Assembly (NCBI RefSeq): GCF_027594745.1
Contig: NZ_CP110854.1
Location: 1,052,241 to 1,116,240, forward strand
Length of the DNA stretch: 64,000 bases
DNA from: Saprospira grandis
Lineage (GTDB): Bacteria > Bacteroidota > Bacteroidia > Chitinophagales > Saprospiraceae
Reading direction: 5' to 3'
A program made the position numbers and the translations under genes. Below, in pieces: positions 1 to 8,934 of the stretch (position 1 is its first letter; the number at the start of each line of letters is the position of its first letter). Under the pieces are notes generated by a model. The model searched no databases, had not been told where the DNA came from, and saw only the letters and a list, made by a program, of their open reading frames with translations.

Positions 1-572
1 AGCACTTTGACCCCAACCGAGACGACGAATGGGTAGCGCTACAGCCCTTGGCCACCGAGGGACAGGGCAATCCCAACCTACCCAATAGAGATCCTTATGA
101 GCTCACGCAGCTCTCTATTCCCATGGGTTTGGGGGTAAAATTTGCCGTTCATAGCCACCTCAATATTGGTTTTGAGATTGGCTTTCGCAAAACATTTACG
201 GATTACCTAGATGATGTTTCTTTGAGTTATCCCTATGATGTGACCACCACTCCCGCCACCGCCCTCTACGATCAAAACCCTTATGATGGGGGCCAATTTG
301 GCAACCTCTCGGAGCAGCAACTGATGTCTGACCGCACTTATGAGTACCTAGTGACCCAAGCTGGGGGCACCTTTGGGGCCGACTTTCCTACCCAAGATGC
401 CTATGATGCAGCAGTAGCCGAAAGAGGGGGCCAAACCACTCGTGGCGATAAGGCCCAAGACTGGTACCTCATTACGGGAATCACTATTTCTTATAACTTT
501 ATTGACAACGGTTTGGTAGGCTCTCGCAAGCGCCGCCGCAAGCGCCAAGGCTGTAAATCAGCTCGTTTCTAA
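1..572 (+). CDS. DUF6089-like outer-membrane beta-barrel protein (3' part; gene starts upstream of window)
   Basis: The frame stays open back to nt 3. The C-terminal motif ...LTQLSIPMGLGVKF...FRKTFTDYLDDVS... is paralogous to the 37404..38360 protein. Stop TAA at 570-572. Confidence 0.6.
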   Translation, partial: HFDPNRDDEWVALQPLATEGQGNPNLPNRDPYELTQLSIPMGLGVKFAVHSHLNIGFEIGFRKTFTDYLDDVSLSYPYDVTTTPATALYDQNPYDGGQFGNLSEQQLMSDRTYEYLVTQAGGTFGADFPTQDAYDAAVAERGGQTTRGDKAQDWYLITGITISYNFIDNGLVGSRKRRRKRQGCKSARF

Positions 573-595
573 GCGCAAATAAAATCTAATCAATC

Positions 596-628
596 AGCCT
601 CCTTCCTTAAGAAGGGGGCTTTTTTTTG
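596..628 (+). terminator. putative intrinsic terminator (short GC stem + T8)
   Basis: Sequence cctccttccttaagaagggggc followed by tttttttt, directly after the stop codon. Confidence 0.45.
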
Positions 629-660
629 CCTAAACTATTCTATGCCTAGCTTGTTCTAAT

Positions 661-905
661 GATCCTTTATTTTTGGGGCGTTACTCCTTTCAGTCGTCGA
701 ACTGCGGCTTGCAGCCTTGTTGTCGCCTCGCTACGCTCGTCGGCGCTACGTTTACTCCCTACGGTCGTCGAACTGGCGCCCCTATAGGGGCTGGTTGTCG
801 CAGCTCGCTCTTCGCTCGGCCCTGCGGCGGCTTTGCCGCCTTGGTCTGGCCTAACGGCCACTGCTGCACATCGCTAGGCCAGCCCGCCCCTATTGGGGTT
901 TTTTC
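661..905 (+). repeat. REP/MITE-like mosaic intergenic repeat, F orientation, long variant (copy R1)
   Basis: Shared modules ttttggggc..., tcgtcgaactgcg, cgcagctcgct(c/a)ttcgctcggccctgcg, ggtctggcct(a/g)acggccac and catcgctaggcc. Closely similar to the copy at 58895..59160. Confidence 0.8.
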
Positions 906-915
906 ACTCCAAAAA

Positions 916-2190
916 ATGCTCAATCTACCAATTATGCCTAAAAGTCGACTCTTAGAAGCGCCCAAAAGCTTGGCTGGCGCCCAATACATTCAGCTCAACA
1001 GCTCCAAAAGCATCAGCAATCGCTTATTGATTATTCAGGCGATTATGGGCCAATTGGCGCCCCCAAAAAGCTTATCTAGGGCCAAAGACAGCCAGAGCTT
1101 GGTCCGACTACTACAGCAAGAAGAGGAAGAAATACTAGATGCCGAAGATGCAGGGACCTGTTTTCGCTTTCTCACGGCCTACCTTTGTCTCAACAACAAA
1201 AAGCAAGTGCTCACGGGTTCGGCTCGGATGCTAGAGCGGCCTATTGGCCCCTTGGTAGAAGCCCTGCGTAGCTTGGGCGCCCAAATTGACTACTTGGGCC
1301 AAGAGGGCTATCCCCCCTTGCAGATTGGGGCCTCTAGTTGGAAGGACACAGAAGAAATGCCTAGCTTGCGCATAGATGGCGGCATCAGCAGCCAGTATAT
1401 TTCGGCCCTCCTGCTTATTGCCCCTGCCCTACCGCAGGGACTAAAACTGCAACTAGAGGGGGAGATCATTTCTATGCCCTACATTCAGATGACCCTAGGC
1501 CTAATGGAGCAGTTTGGCATCGACTATCTGCAGGCGGGAAAAAGCTTTTTAATTGAGCCCCAAAACTACCAAGCTCCCCAAGAAGAATTTATTGTAGAAG
1601 GCGACTGGTCCGCGGCGGCCTACTACTATGCCTTAGTGGCCTTGGCCGAGCCTGGATTTAGCCTAAAGCTAGGGCAATTGCGGGCCAACTCCTTACAGGG
1701 AGATTCCGTCATTACCGAGCTGATGCAAAACTTGGGGGTAGTCAGTACATTTTTGCCCGAGGGACAGCTAAAGCTTCAAAAAACAGCGCAGCCGCTTCCT
1801 AAGGAACTGCGCTATGATTGTCGGCACTATCCCGATTTGGCCCAAACCCTAATGGCCATAGCAGCGGGCTTAGCTATTCCCTGCCAGCTTTTTGGTCTAC
1901 AGAGTTTGCGCATCAAAGAGACCGACCGTTTGGCGGCCATGAAAAACGAGTTAGAAAAGCTAGGGGCCGTAGTAGAAATTGGAGATGACTGGATGCATAT
2001 TAAGTCGGGAGTAAAAAGGGCCCAAAAAAAGCCCTTAATTAGTAGTTACAAAGACCATCGGATGCTCATGTCCTTGGCTCCCTTATCGCTTTTGCTTGGT
2101 CCATTAAAAATGGAGCAGCCCGAAGTTGTGGCCAAATCCTATCCCGATTTTTGGAGAGATTTGGGCCAATTGGGCTTTAAAATTGGCTAA
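916..2190 (+). CDS. aroA: 3-phosphoshikimate 1-carboxyvinyltransferase (EPSP synthase)
   Basis: Motifs KSISNRLLIIQA and DAGTCFRFLTAYL, length about 424 aa. The ORF-track start at 673 lies inside the repeat, so ATG 916 (MLNLPIMPK) was chosen. Confidence 0.85.
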   Translation: MLNLPIMPKSRLLEAPKSLAGAQYIQLNSSKSISNRLLIIQAIMGQLAPPKSLSRAKDSQSLVRLLQQEEEEILDAEDAGTCFRFLTAYLCLNNKKQVLTGSARMLERPIGPLVEALRSLGAQIDYLGQEGYPPLQIGASSWKDTEEMPSLRIDGGISSQYISALLLIAPALPQGLKLQLEGEIISMPYIQMTLGLMEQFGIDYLQAGKSFLIEPQNYQAPQEEFIVEGDWSAAAYYYALVALAEPGFSLKLGQLRANSLQGDSVITELMQNLGVVSTFLPEGQLKLQKTAQPLPKELRYDCRHYPDLAQTLMAIAAGLAIPCQLFGLQSLRIKETDRLAAMKNELEKLGAVVEIGDDWMHIKSGVKRAQKKPLISSYKDHRMLMSLAPLSLLLGPLKMEQPEVVAKSYPDFWRDLGQLGFKIG

Positions 2191-2252
2191 AAGCAGTAAG
2201 TTTTGGCCTTAAACCTCTAGTTTTGGGCCTTGTACCAAGCAGTTTATAAGAG

Positions 2253-3902
2253 ATGGCCATATTTAGTCCTTATGCGGAGCTCCTCCGCAACTTGATTCCC
2301 CAACTACAGAGCAGCCTAGCGAGCTATGCCGAGGCCGAGCGGCCTATTTTGGCAGCTCTCCTTGCGCAATGGGCCAGTTTTAAGGCCCTGCCCTTATTAG
2401 AAGAAGAGGAGATGCAGCTTTTGCGGGCGCAGTGGAAAAAGGGCGCGCAGTGGGGAGAAGAATTTGAGCAACTCTCTAGTTCTCTACAGGCTGTACATCT
2501 GCAACTGGGTTTATTATTGGCCGAGCTACAGCCCTCTTTTGCCCAAAAGCTAGAACTACAAAGCAAGGGGCCGGGGCTCAACCTTTGGCCCATGCAGCTC
2601 TCTTTTTGGGCCGAGCAGCTCCTGATTTACAAAAGAGACGGCAATGCCAAAGGCTTATCGGCCTCGGGGCAACTTTTGCTGGCCTATTTGGAGCAGCCCT
2701 TAAAGCGGCTACCTATTTTTAGGCAAAAAGCCCTCTCCTATATCCTCGATAGTTTTTTGGGGCCAGCGGCTAAGCAAAGCCTACTCTTAGATTTATTTAG
2801 TGAATTGGGGCTAAAGGCCAAGCTGGCCGAAAACTACCCCTTACTATTGGGCCAACTGCTCTTCTTGCCCCTGCTTCGGGAATTATGGGACAAACAATAC
2901 GACAGCCTAGGCAAAGAGCAGATAGATGATTGGGAAGAAAGCCAATTGATTTATCATCGGGAGAAAGAGCGGCCCCTCAACCAGCTCTACTATGGGCCTT
3001 CTGCTTGTGGAAAAACCCGGGCCGCTCGTTTGGAAGCCTTGAGCATTTGCGAGGGGCTGCCTTTGGTCCAAATAGAGCAGTTATCGACGGAAGAGATAGA
3101 GCAGCGTTTGGAAGAACAGCGGCAGGCGGGGCATTTGGCCATGATTGCCTTTCATCCCGCCATGAGCTATGAAGACTTTATGGAAGGGCTAAAGCCTCAG
3201 ATGCAAGGCAAGCAACTTCATTATGTATTAGAGGAAGGCTTATTTAAGCGCTTTGCCAAAGCCGCCTTGGCCCAGCCGCTCAAGCGTTTTGTGCTTATAA
3301 TTGACGAATTGAACAGGGCCGAAGTGGGGGCGGTATTTGGGGAGCTCCTTTCTTTATTGAGTGCAGAAAACCGTTTGGGAGGAAAAGCCCCCATGCGGCT
3401 AGTTCTCCCCTACTCCAAAGCGACTTTTGCCCTGCCCGACAACCTCTATATTCTGGCCAGCATGAATGAGGGCGACCGCAGTCTACAATCCTTAGATTGG
3501 GCCTTGCGGAGGCGTTTTCATGCCATAGCGGTACGGCCAGAGCCGCAACTATTGGGTGATTGCCAAGGTGTTGATTTGGCTCGGCTACTACAGGCCCTCA
3601 ACCAGCGGATTCGTTTGTATTTTTCGGCAGCGCAAGAGATTGGGCATGGCTACCTCTTAGGGATTCGGCAATTGGAGGAATTGAACCTTTGTTTTGCGCA
3701 TCGGATTATTCCCTTATTGGAGAGCTACGCCTATGGCGACCTTCGTCTGTTGGGGCCTATTTTGGGACAAGCCTTTATAGAAAGGCGGCGCTTGGGGCAT
3801 TCCTTGGCCTTTTATGGAGCCGAGCAGCAGGAAGAGCAATTTAGTTATCATCTTCGGTCTTTTCCGCTTGCAGCAAGCGCCTACAAACAACTATATGAGT
3901 AG
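2253..3902 (+). CDS. McrB-like AAA+ GTPase-domain protein with a Leu-rich helical N-terminal domain of unknown function
   Basis: Walker A GPSACGKT, LIIDELNRAEVGAVFGELLSLL, then ILASMNEGDRSLQSLDWALRRRF (McrB signature). No McrC-like ORF is adjacent. Confidence 0.6.
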   Translation: MAIFSPYAELLRNLIPQLQSSLASYAEAERPILAALLAQWASFKALPLLEEEEMQLLRAQWKKGAQWGEEFEQLSSSLQAVHLQLGLLLAELQPSFAQKLELQSKGPGLNLWPMQLSFWAEQLLIYKRDGNAKGLSASGQLLLAYLEQPLKRLPIFRQKALSYILDSFLGPAAKQSLLLDLFSELGLKAKLAENYPLLLGQLLFLPLLRELWDKQYDSLGKEQIDDWEESQLIYHREKERPLNQLYYGPSACGKTRAARLEALSICEGLPLVQIEQLSTEEIEQRLEEQRQAGHLAMIAFHPAMSYEDFMEGLKPQMQGKQLHYVLEEGLFKRFAKAALAQPLKRFVLIIDELNRAEVGAVFGELLSLLSAENRLGGKAPMRLVLPYSKATFALPDNLYILASMNEGDRSLQSLDWALRRRFHAIAVRPEPQLLGDCQGVDLARLLQALNQRIRLYFSAAQEIGHGYLLGIRQLEELNLCFAHRIIPLLESYAYGDLRLLGPILGQAFIERRRLGHSLAFYGAEQQEEQFSYHLRSFPLAASAYKQLYE

Positions 3903-4067
3903 GTTTTAATTGTAGGGACAAGAATGCTAAGCAAAATACCTATAGATAAACATTAGGTTTTATTCGCTATAAAAACCAAAGGAGCTATCTTAAATTTGAA
4001 CTATGACCAAAGTAAATTTGGTTTTCATAGTGATAGTTTTTAGGGTTTAAGCTCTATGATAAGAGCT

Positions 4068-4104
4068 AAAGCATCAAGCTTGGGGGAGTTTGATGCTTTT
4101 TTTA
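4068..4104 (+). terminator. intrinsic terminator
   Basis: Stem aagcatcaa/ttgatgctt followed by ttttttt. Confidence 0.6.
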
Positions 4105-4109
4105 TGCCC

Positions 4110-4270
4110 CTAGGCCAAGGCTCATTAAAGGCCCGAAGGGCCTTTGGCCTAGCGATGTGCAGGGGTGGCCGAAGGCCAGACCGAAGCGCGCAGCGCTGAA
4201 GGGCCGAGCAGACCTGCGAGCCCCGAAACGTAGCGCCTGCCGCAGGCAGGAGGCCCCAAAAAACAAAAAA
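4110..4270 (-). repeat. REP/MITE-like repeat, R orientation (copy R2)
   Basis: Contains ggcctagcgatg, ggccgaaggccagacc, gggccgagcagacctgcgagcccc, ggaggccccaaaaaa. Confidence 0.8.
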
Positions 4271-4311
4271 GCCCCTACTTCATCAGTAGAGGCTATATTA
4301 TTTAGTGTTGT

Positions 4312-6114
4312 TTACTTCAGTTGGAAATCGGTCACCCGATAGCCTGGGCGGAGGGGGGAAGTTTCGATATCGGCGAAACGTTTGTGGATAGCGAAGCAGC
4401 TACTGGGCACACAGAGGAAGAGATAGGGTTGTTCTTCATGGATAATGGCTTGGGCGCGGAAATAGAGCTCCTTACGTTTTTGGGGATCGAGCGTAATGCG
4501 GATACTATCGATAATGCGGTCACATTCTTCATTTCGGAAGCCGATGCGGTTGCTGCCGCCATTTCGGTCTGAGGAAGAGTGCCAAGCCTGCTTAAGCTCG
4601 TCGAGATTGGGGCCTTGGGCCCAGGCCGAGCAGATGAGTTCGAACTCTCGGTTTTGGATATCCTTGACAAAGACGGGAAAATCGGCACTTTTGATTTTGA
4701 TTTCGATACCTAGGGCTCGGGCTTCTCCTTGGAGGAGCAGTCCAATATTTTTGCGGATATCGTTGCCTTGATTATACTTAAACTCAAGGCTTAGCTTTTC
4801 TAGTTTTCCGTTGATGCGTTTATCTAGAATTCCGTCATTATCGGAATCGGTCCAGCCGGCTTCTGTCAAGAGTTCTTTAGCTCTTTCTGGGTCATAGCTA
4901 AAGGGTTTAATCTGGTCATTATAGTGCTCCTTTTGGGGGTTGATCGGGCCGACGGTTTCGGTGGCTAGGCCTTCAAAGAGGACATCAATAATTTCTTGGC
5001 GGTTAATGATATGGGAGAGCGCTTGGCGGAGTTTTTTATCTTTTAGCTTAGGGTTGCGCAGATTGATTCCGATATAATAGTAGCCAAAAACGGGGGGCGA
5101 AGAGAGCTCAAAAAGATTTTGGAACTCTTGATCTTCTTTTAGGGCCTTAAACTTGACGGGTTTGATATTGTGTAGGACATCAATTTCCTCATTTCGGGCC
5201 ACGGTAATAGCGGTACTGGGGTCATTGACCACTTTGTGAATAATTTTTGTGGGATAAGCGACTAGCATGGGGTTTTTGGCCTCATTACCCCACCAATTTT
5301 CTTTGCGTTCGAGGATAATATGTTGGCCGTTGCTCCATTCTACAAAGCGGTAAGGGCCAGATCCGACCACTGTTTCCTTACTAAACTTGGGGCTATTAAA
5401 ATTTTGGGCAAATCGTTCGAGGTTTGCATTTTTGTTGGCGGCTTCATAATCCATCTGGTTGAGTTCGGCCAGGCTTACCTTTTTCATTAGGCCTTCGGGG
5501 TCATAGACATACTCGGGCATAATGTGCATATCGCCGGCAGATTCTTCGGCGATAAAGTAGCGTTGTTTAGAGAAGATAGTAAATTCTCTTTCGTTATTGG
5601 GGGAAATATAGATCGAGTCGATAAACTCATAATAGGGGCGTCGGCTACCCGATTCTACTAGGGGGTTTTTGATTGCTTTGATGGTAAAGAGATAATCATA
5701 GGCCGTAACGGCTTGGCCGTTATCCCATTTGGCGTCGGGTCTAATCTCGAAGTGTAGCGACATACCGCCGGCATAGGGGCCTTCTTCTAGTTCTCTGACA
5801 TCGGGCATTTTGAGGGCGAGTTGGGGCACTAATTTGAGATCTTCGGGGTGAAACTCCAACAAGCGAGAGAATATGTTGTTCTGAATATAAGTAGCTGCGG
5901 CCCCTTGAGAGGTTACAGGATTTAAGCCATCGGGGTCATCTAGTTCCCAGACCGTTACGGAAGGATCCTTCATTTTATTGCTACTTTGGCTTTCCTTTAC
6001 TTCCTGATCGGCTTCTCCGTTTGTTTCGGGAGAGGAAGGCTGGCAACTGCCAAAACATAAACTTAGCCCGAGCAGGCCTAAGATTGTTTTTTTTCTGATA
6101 TTCATATTGGTCAT
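4312..6114 (-). CDS. ABC transporter substrate-binding lipoprotein, family 5 (peptide/nickel type)
   Basis: Lipoprotein signal LGLSLCFGSC. Overall ~600-aa layout is consistent with the family-5 solute-binding proteins (OppA/DppA-like). Confidence 0.75.
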   Translation of the reverse strand: MTNMNIRKKTILGLLGLSLCFGSCQPSSPETNGEADQEVKESQSSNKMKDPSVTVWELDDPDGLNPVTSQGAAATYIQNNIFSRLLEFHPEDLKLVPQLALKMPDVRELEEGPYAGGMSLHFEIRPDAKWDNGQAVTAYDYLFTIKAIKNPLVESGSRRPYYEFIDSIYISPNNEREFTIFSKQRYFIAEESAGDMHIMPEYVYDPEGLMKKVSLAELNQMDYEAANKNANLERFAQNFNSPKFSKETVVGSGPYRFVEWSNGQHIILERKENWWGNEAKNPMLVAYPTKIIHKVVNDPSTAITVARNEEIDVLHNIKPVKFKALKEDQEFQNLFELSSPPVFGYYYIGINLRNPKLKDKKLRQALSHIINRQEIIDVLFEGLATETVGPINPQKEHYNDQIKPFSYDPERAKELLTEAGWTDSDNDGILDKRINGKLEKLSLEFKYNQGNDIRKNIGLLLQGEARALGIEIKIKSADFPVFVKDIQNREFELICSAWAQGPNLDELKQAWHSSSDRNGGSNRIGFRNEECDRIIDSIRITLDPQKRKELYFRAQAIIHEEQPYLFLCVPSSCFAIHKRFADIETSPLRPGYRVTDFQLK

Positions 6115-6174
6115 TATAGTTGTGTAAATTGAAGAAAATTGTTTGTTAACGGGGCGCTTAAAGATATAAAAATA

Positions 6175-7098
6175 ATGAGTAGAATTTTAATAACGGGAGG
6201 CAGCGGTCTCATTGGTCAAGAACTTTGTAAGCTCCTACATCAGCAGGGCTTTGAGCCAATTTTGCTCAGTCGGAATCCGACTAAAATCACGCAATGGACG
6301 GCCTTTGAGTGGGATTTGGATCGGGGCTGGGTAGATCCTCAGCTTTTTGATCAGCCGATTGACTACCTCATTCATTTGGCGGGGGCGGGCATTGCTGATG
6401 CGAGATGGAGTGATCAGCGAAAGCAATTGATCATTGACAGTCGGAGCCAAAGCCTAAAGATATTGGCCCAAGCCTTTAGGGAGGCTAGGCAAGAGCTCAA
6501 AGCCTTTATTTCGGCTTCGGCGGTAGGGATTTATGGAGATCGGGGGAATGAGGTCTTATCGGAAGAGTCGGCCATTCATAAAGAGCGAAAAGACGACTTT
6601 TTGGTGCGGAGTTGTATTGCTTGGGAAGATGCCGCCAAGGCATTTGAGGGATTAACAGCTCGGATCAGTCATCTTCGGATAGGCATTGTGCTTTCGACTC
6701 GGGGGGGCGCATTGGCCAAAATGCTCCCTTCTTATCAGTTTCATTTGGGCGCTTATTTTGGCGATGGCGAGCAATACTACCCTTGGGTACATATCAGCGA
6801 TCTTTGTCGGATGTTCTTGTTCCTCATTCAGCAGGGAAAGGCTGGCGTTTATAATGGGGTGGGGCCAGATCCCGTACAAAATAAGACAATGGCGCATATT
6901 TTAGCTAAGGCAACTGGAAAAAAATCCTTGATTCTGCCTGCTCCTCGCTTTGCGCTGCGTTTGGCCATGGGGGAAATGGCCAATGTGGTCCTTTATTCGG
7001 CCAGGGTGCTTCCTAAGCGGCTAGAAGAAGAAGGCTTTAAGCATCGGTACCGAGATTTGCAAGCGGCCTTAGTAGAGCTGATAGAAAACAAGCGTTAA
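6175..7098 (+). CDS. TIGR01777/YfcH-like NAD-dependent epimerase family protein (DUF1731)
   Basis: Starts MSRILITGGSGLIGQEL (Rossmann GxxGxxG). ATG 6175 chosen over the upstream 6139. Confidence 0.7.
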   Translation: MSRILITGGSGLIGQELCKLLHQQGFEPILLSRNPTKITQWTAFEWDLDRGWVDPQLFDQPIDYLIHLAGAGIADARWSDQRKQLIIDSRSQSLKILAQAFREARQELKAFISASAVGIYGDRGNEVLSEESAIHKERKDDFLVRSCIAWEDAAKAFEGLTARISHLRIGIVLSTRGGALAKMLPSYQFHLGAYFGDGEQYYPWVHISDLCRMFLFLIQQGKAGVYNGVGPDPVQNKTMAHILAKATGKKSLILPAPRFALRLAMGEMANVVLYSARVLPKRLEEEGFKHRYRDLQAALVELIENKR

Positions 7099-7101
7099 AC
7101 A

Positions 7102-7143
7102 AAAAGCGAGCTGTCGATAAATCGACAGCTCGCTTTGCTTTTG
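7102..7143. terminator. bidirectional intrinsic terminator between convergent genes
   Basis: Perfect 15-bp stem aagcgagctgtcgat/atcgacagctcgctt. An A-run precedes it and a T-run follows. Confidence 0.75.
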
Positions 7144-7156
7144 GTCCTTGGCCCAT

Positions 7157-8593
7157 TTACTTACGCACCTGACTGGCGTCAATGGGTAAATCTGGAGAGT
7201 AGACCATAATATCGTTGCATACTCCAGAAGACAAACGCTGGGCAAAACCATTGTACTTATTGCCCTTAAAGAGCTTATGGATACGTACATAAGTTGCTCC
7301 TGGGTTGGCGCTTTTCCCTTTGGGGTCTAGCTTGAAGGTAAAGGTTTTATCCCAGAGCTTACGCTCTTTTCTAGGGAGGTCGGCATAGTTATCTGGCTTA
7401 AACTTAAGGGTCACCACATATTCCTTATAGCCAAATAGGCTTTCCACTTCGGTGGGGCCTTCTTCTACAGAGATGACCTTGATTGTGCCCGAGATTTTCT
7501 CTTCATAGACACAGCTTTCTCTACGGATTTCGTTGGTTACCTGCTCTCGAATAGCGGCCTTACGGGCCTCTAGGGCTGCTTTTTCTGCGGCCAATTTCTC
7601 GGCTAGTTCATCTCGCAGTTCTTCTTCTTTGGCCTTAATTTCCTTACGGCGTTGCTCTTCTAATCTCTTGCGTTCTTTGGCGGCCTGTTTTTCGCGCTTA
7701 ATAGCGTTTTTCTGGTCCAATTCGGCTTGTTTGGCGGCTTCAGCCTTGGCTTTGGCGCGCTCTTCTTTTTCAATTTGCGCCCGCAAAGCGTCTAGATCCA
7801 TTTCGTCGGGGCTTTTTGCAATGCCCTCCTTTTCGCGGAGTTCGGCCTCTACTTTTTTGCGCAATTCTTCTTCAGAAGGCAAATTCAGGTCTACTTCAGG
7901 CTCTTCCTCTTTGGGATCCTCTTCCTCTTTGGGATCCTCTTCTTTTGGTCCTTCTTCCTCTTTGGGCTGTTCTTCTGGAGCAGTTTCTGGGGGACGGTTT
8001 CCGCTGGCCTGAGTGGCTGCTTCTTCGGCCATAGCAATGCCCTTGGCTTCATTTACTTCCTTCTCTTTTTTATAGAGTTTTTCGGCAGCAATTTGAATTT
8101 TATAGGCCTTGATGCTATCCTGTGCCTCAAACAAATCATTAGGGATCCCCATTGACTTATAGGTATATTGTTCACGGCAGGTTTTATCATCGGTCTGCAA
8201 AAATTCCATGGCAAATTTTTGGCCCTTATGCACATAATAGTGCTTAAGGTATTTAGGGCCAACAGGCAGGCGGTCATAGCCACTTCGCAAGAAAAAGTCA
8301 AAGCTATTCTCGCCAAAATCAGCCATTAGTTGCTGCCCTTTTTCCATGGGCGTAAATTTAAATTTCACGCTGTATTCATCATAGCCCAAAGCACTTTCTG
8401 ACTTGCTCCGCGTCTTTTCTACTTCCGTAATTTCCGCCAAGCCTTTTAGCACTTCATACTCGCAACCTTGCACGGTCCGAACTTCATTATTGTTTCTATA
8501 GCTCGCTTTTTTTGCCGACTGCGCCCAAAGTCCAGAGGTCTGAACAAGCAAGAGCAGCAAAAAACTGGCTATCCATAAGGGTGATTTTCTCAT
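7157..8593 (-). CDS. secreted hypothetical protein: two homologous Cys-containing ~110-aa domains flanking a K/E-rich (PKEEE/EEKAR) low-complexity coiled-coil region
   Basis: Signal peptide MRKSPLWIASFLLLLLVQTSGLWAQ. N-domain ...C.YEV...GYDEYSVKFKF... parallels C-domain ...CVYEE...GYKEYVVTLKFKP.... In-frame DNA tandem repeats at about 7890-7980. Confidence 0.6.
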   Translation of the reverse strand: MRKSPLWIASFLLLLLVQTSGLWAQSAKKASYRNNNEVRTVQGCEYEVLKGLAEITEVEKTRSKSESALGYDEYSVKFKFTPMEKGQQLMADFGENSFDFFLRSGYDRLPVGPKYLKHYYVHKGQKFAMEFLQTDDKTCREQYTYKSMGIPNDLFEAQDSIKAYKIQIAAEKLYKKEKEVNEAKGIAMAEEAATQASGNRPPETAPEEQPKEEEGPKEEDPKEEEDPKEEEPEVDLNLPSEEELRKKVEAELREKEGIAKSPDEMDLDALRAQIEKEERAKAKAEAAKQAELDQKNAIKREKQAAKERKRLEEQRRKEIKAKEEELRDELAEKLAAEKAALEARKAAIREQVTNEIRRESCVYEEKISGTIKVISVEEGPTEVESLFGYKEYVVTLKFKPDNYADLPRKERKLWDKTFTFKLDPKGKSANPGATYVRIHKLFKGNKYNGFAQRLSSGVCNDIMVYSPDLPIDASQVRK

Positions 8594-8744
8594 ACCAATA
8601 CATTTTATTATCCAAGTGAATCTAAACTAAAGATGCGCTAAACTTCTTCTATAAGAACAGGATGCACCACTTTTCTTTTTGGTTGTTATCTGATCCCAAA
8701 ATTACTAATTTGTAAGCATTTTATCGGCTTCAGTTATTTTTTTT

Positions 8745-8905
8745 GTTTTTTTGGGGCCTCCGCTGCGGCTTCGCCTTGCGGCGCTATGTTTCGGGGCTCG
8801 CAGGTCTGCTCGGCCCTGCGCCAAATTCGCTACGCTCATTTGGCTGGGTCTGCGGCTTCGCCGCCCCCCTCCACATCGCTAGGCCAATTGGTCCCGCCCT
8901 ACCCT
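8745..8905 (+). repeat. REP/MITE-like repeat, F orientation (copy R3)
   Basis: Modules ttttggggcctccgctgcggcttcgccttgcggcgcta...ggggctcgcaggtctgctcggccctgcg...catcgctaggcc. Confidence 0.8.
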
Positions 8906-8934
8906 ATCTTTTTTAGCTAAAATCTTCTCCGATC

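Noticed and set aside
673-915. Long N-terminal extensions of aroA (673), the rSAM gene (16600), the M20 peptidase (to 44708), lipoprotein 26781 (to 28049), FkbM MT (to 45816), RidA (to 46243), the TPR gene (to 50647), the GNAT gene (to 59820), the SDR gene (to 61961)
   Set aside because: The extensions run into repeats or intergenic DNA and lack homology. Conserved N-terminal motifs begin at internal ATGs, which were used as starts.
2253-3902. Calling this a complete McrBC restriction system
   Set aside because: Only the McrB-like GTPase is present. No McrC/PD-(D/E)xK nuclease ORF is found within several kb on either side, so the protein is reported with an open function.
4157-4342. 61-aa ORF (MQGWPKARPKRAALKGRADLRAPKRSA...) and many similar 60-120 aa ORFs, e.g. 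9678..9881, 9688..9873, 16479..16829, 16595..16822, 17891..18172, 17939..18142, 27808..28088, 35344..35771, 38690..39064, 42920..43267, 50512..50965, 51586..51878, 58895..59170, 60848..61096
   Set aside because: All lie inside the REP/MITE-like repeats. Their Arg/Ala/Pro-rich translations are just the GC-rich repeat read in different frames, and the same 'proteins' recur in both orientations. Not genes.
7533-8012. 159-aa Ser/Ala-rich ORF antisense to the K/E-rich region of gene 7157..8593. Likewise 55718..56569 antisense to the infB K/E-rich linker, and 56800..57159 antisense to nusA.
   Set aside because: Low-complexity mirror-image ORFs created by purine/pyrimidine-rich repeats on the opposite strand of real genes.
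8594-8744. Possible riboswitch upstream of queE (preQ1) or TonB receptor (cobalamin)
   Set aside because: The queE upstream region is occupied by a generic repeat copy with only about 30 nt of unique leader. No preQ1 or B12 riboswitch core motifs were recognised.
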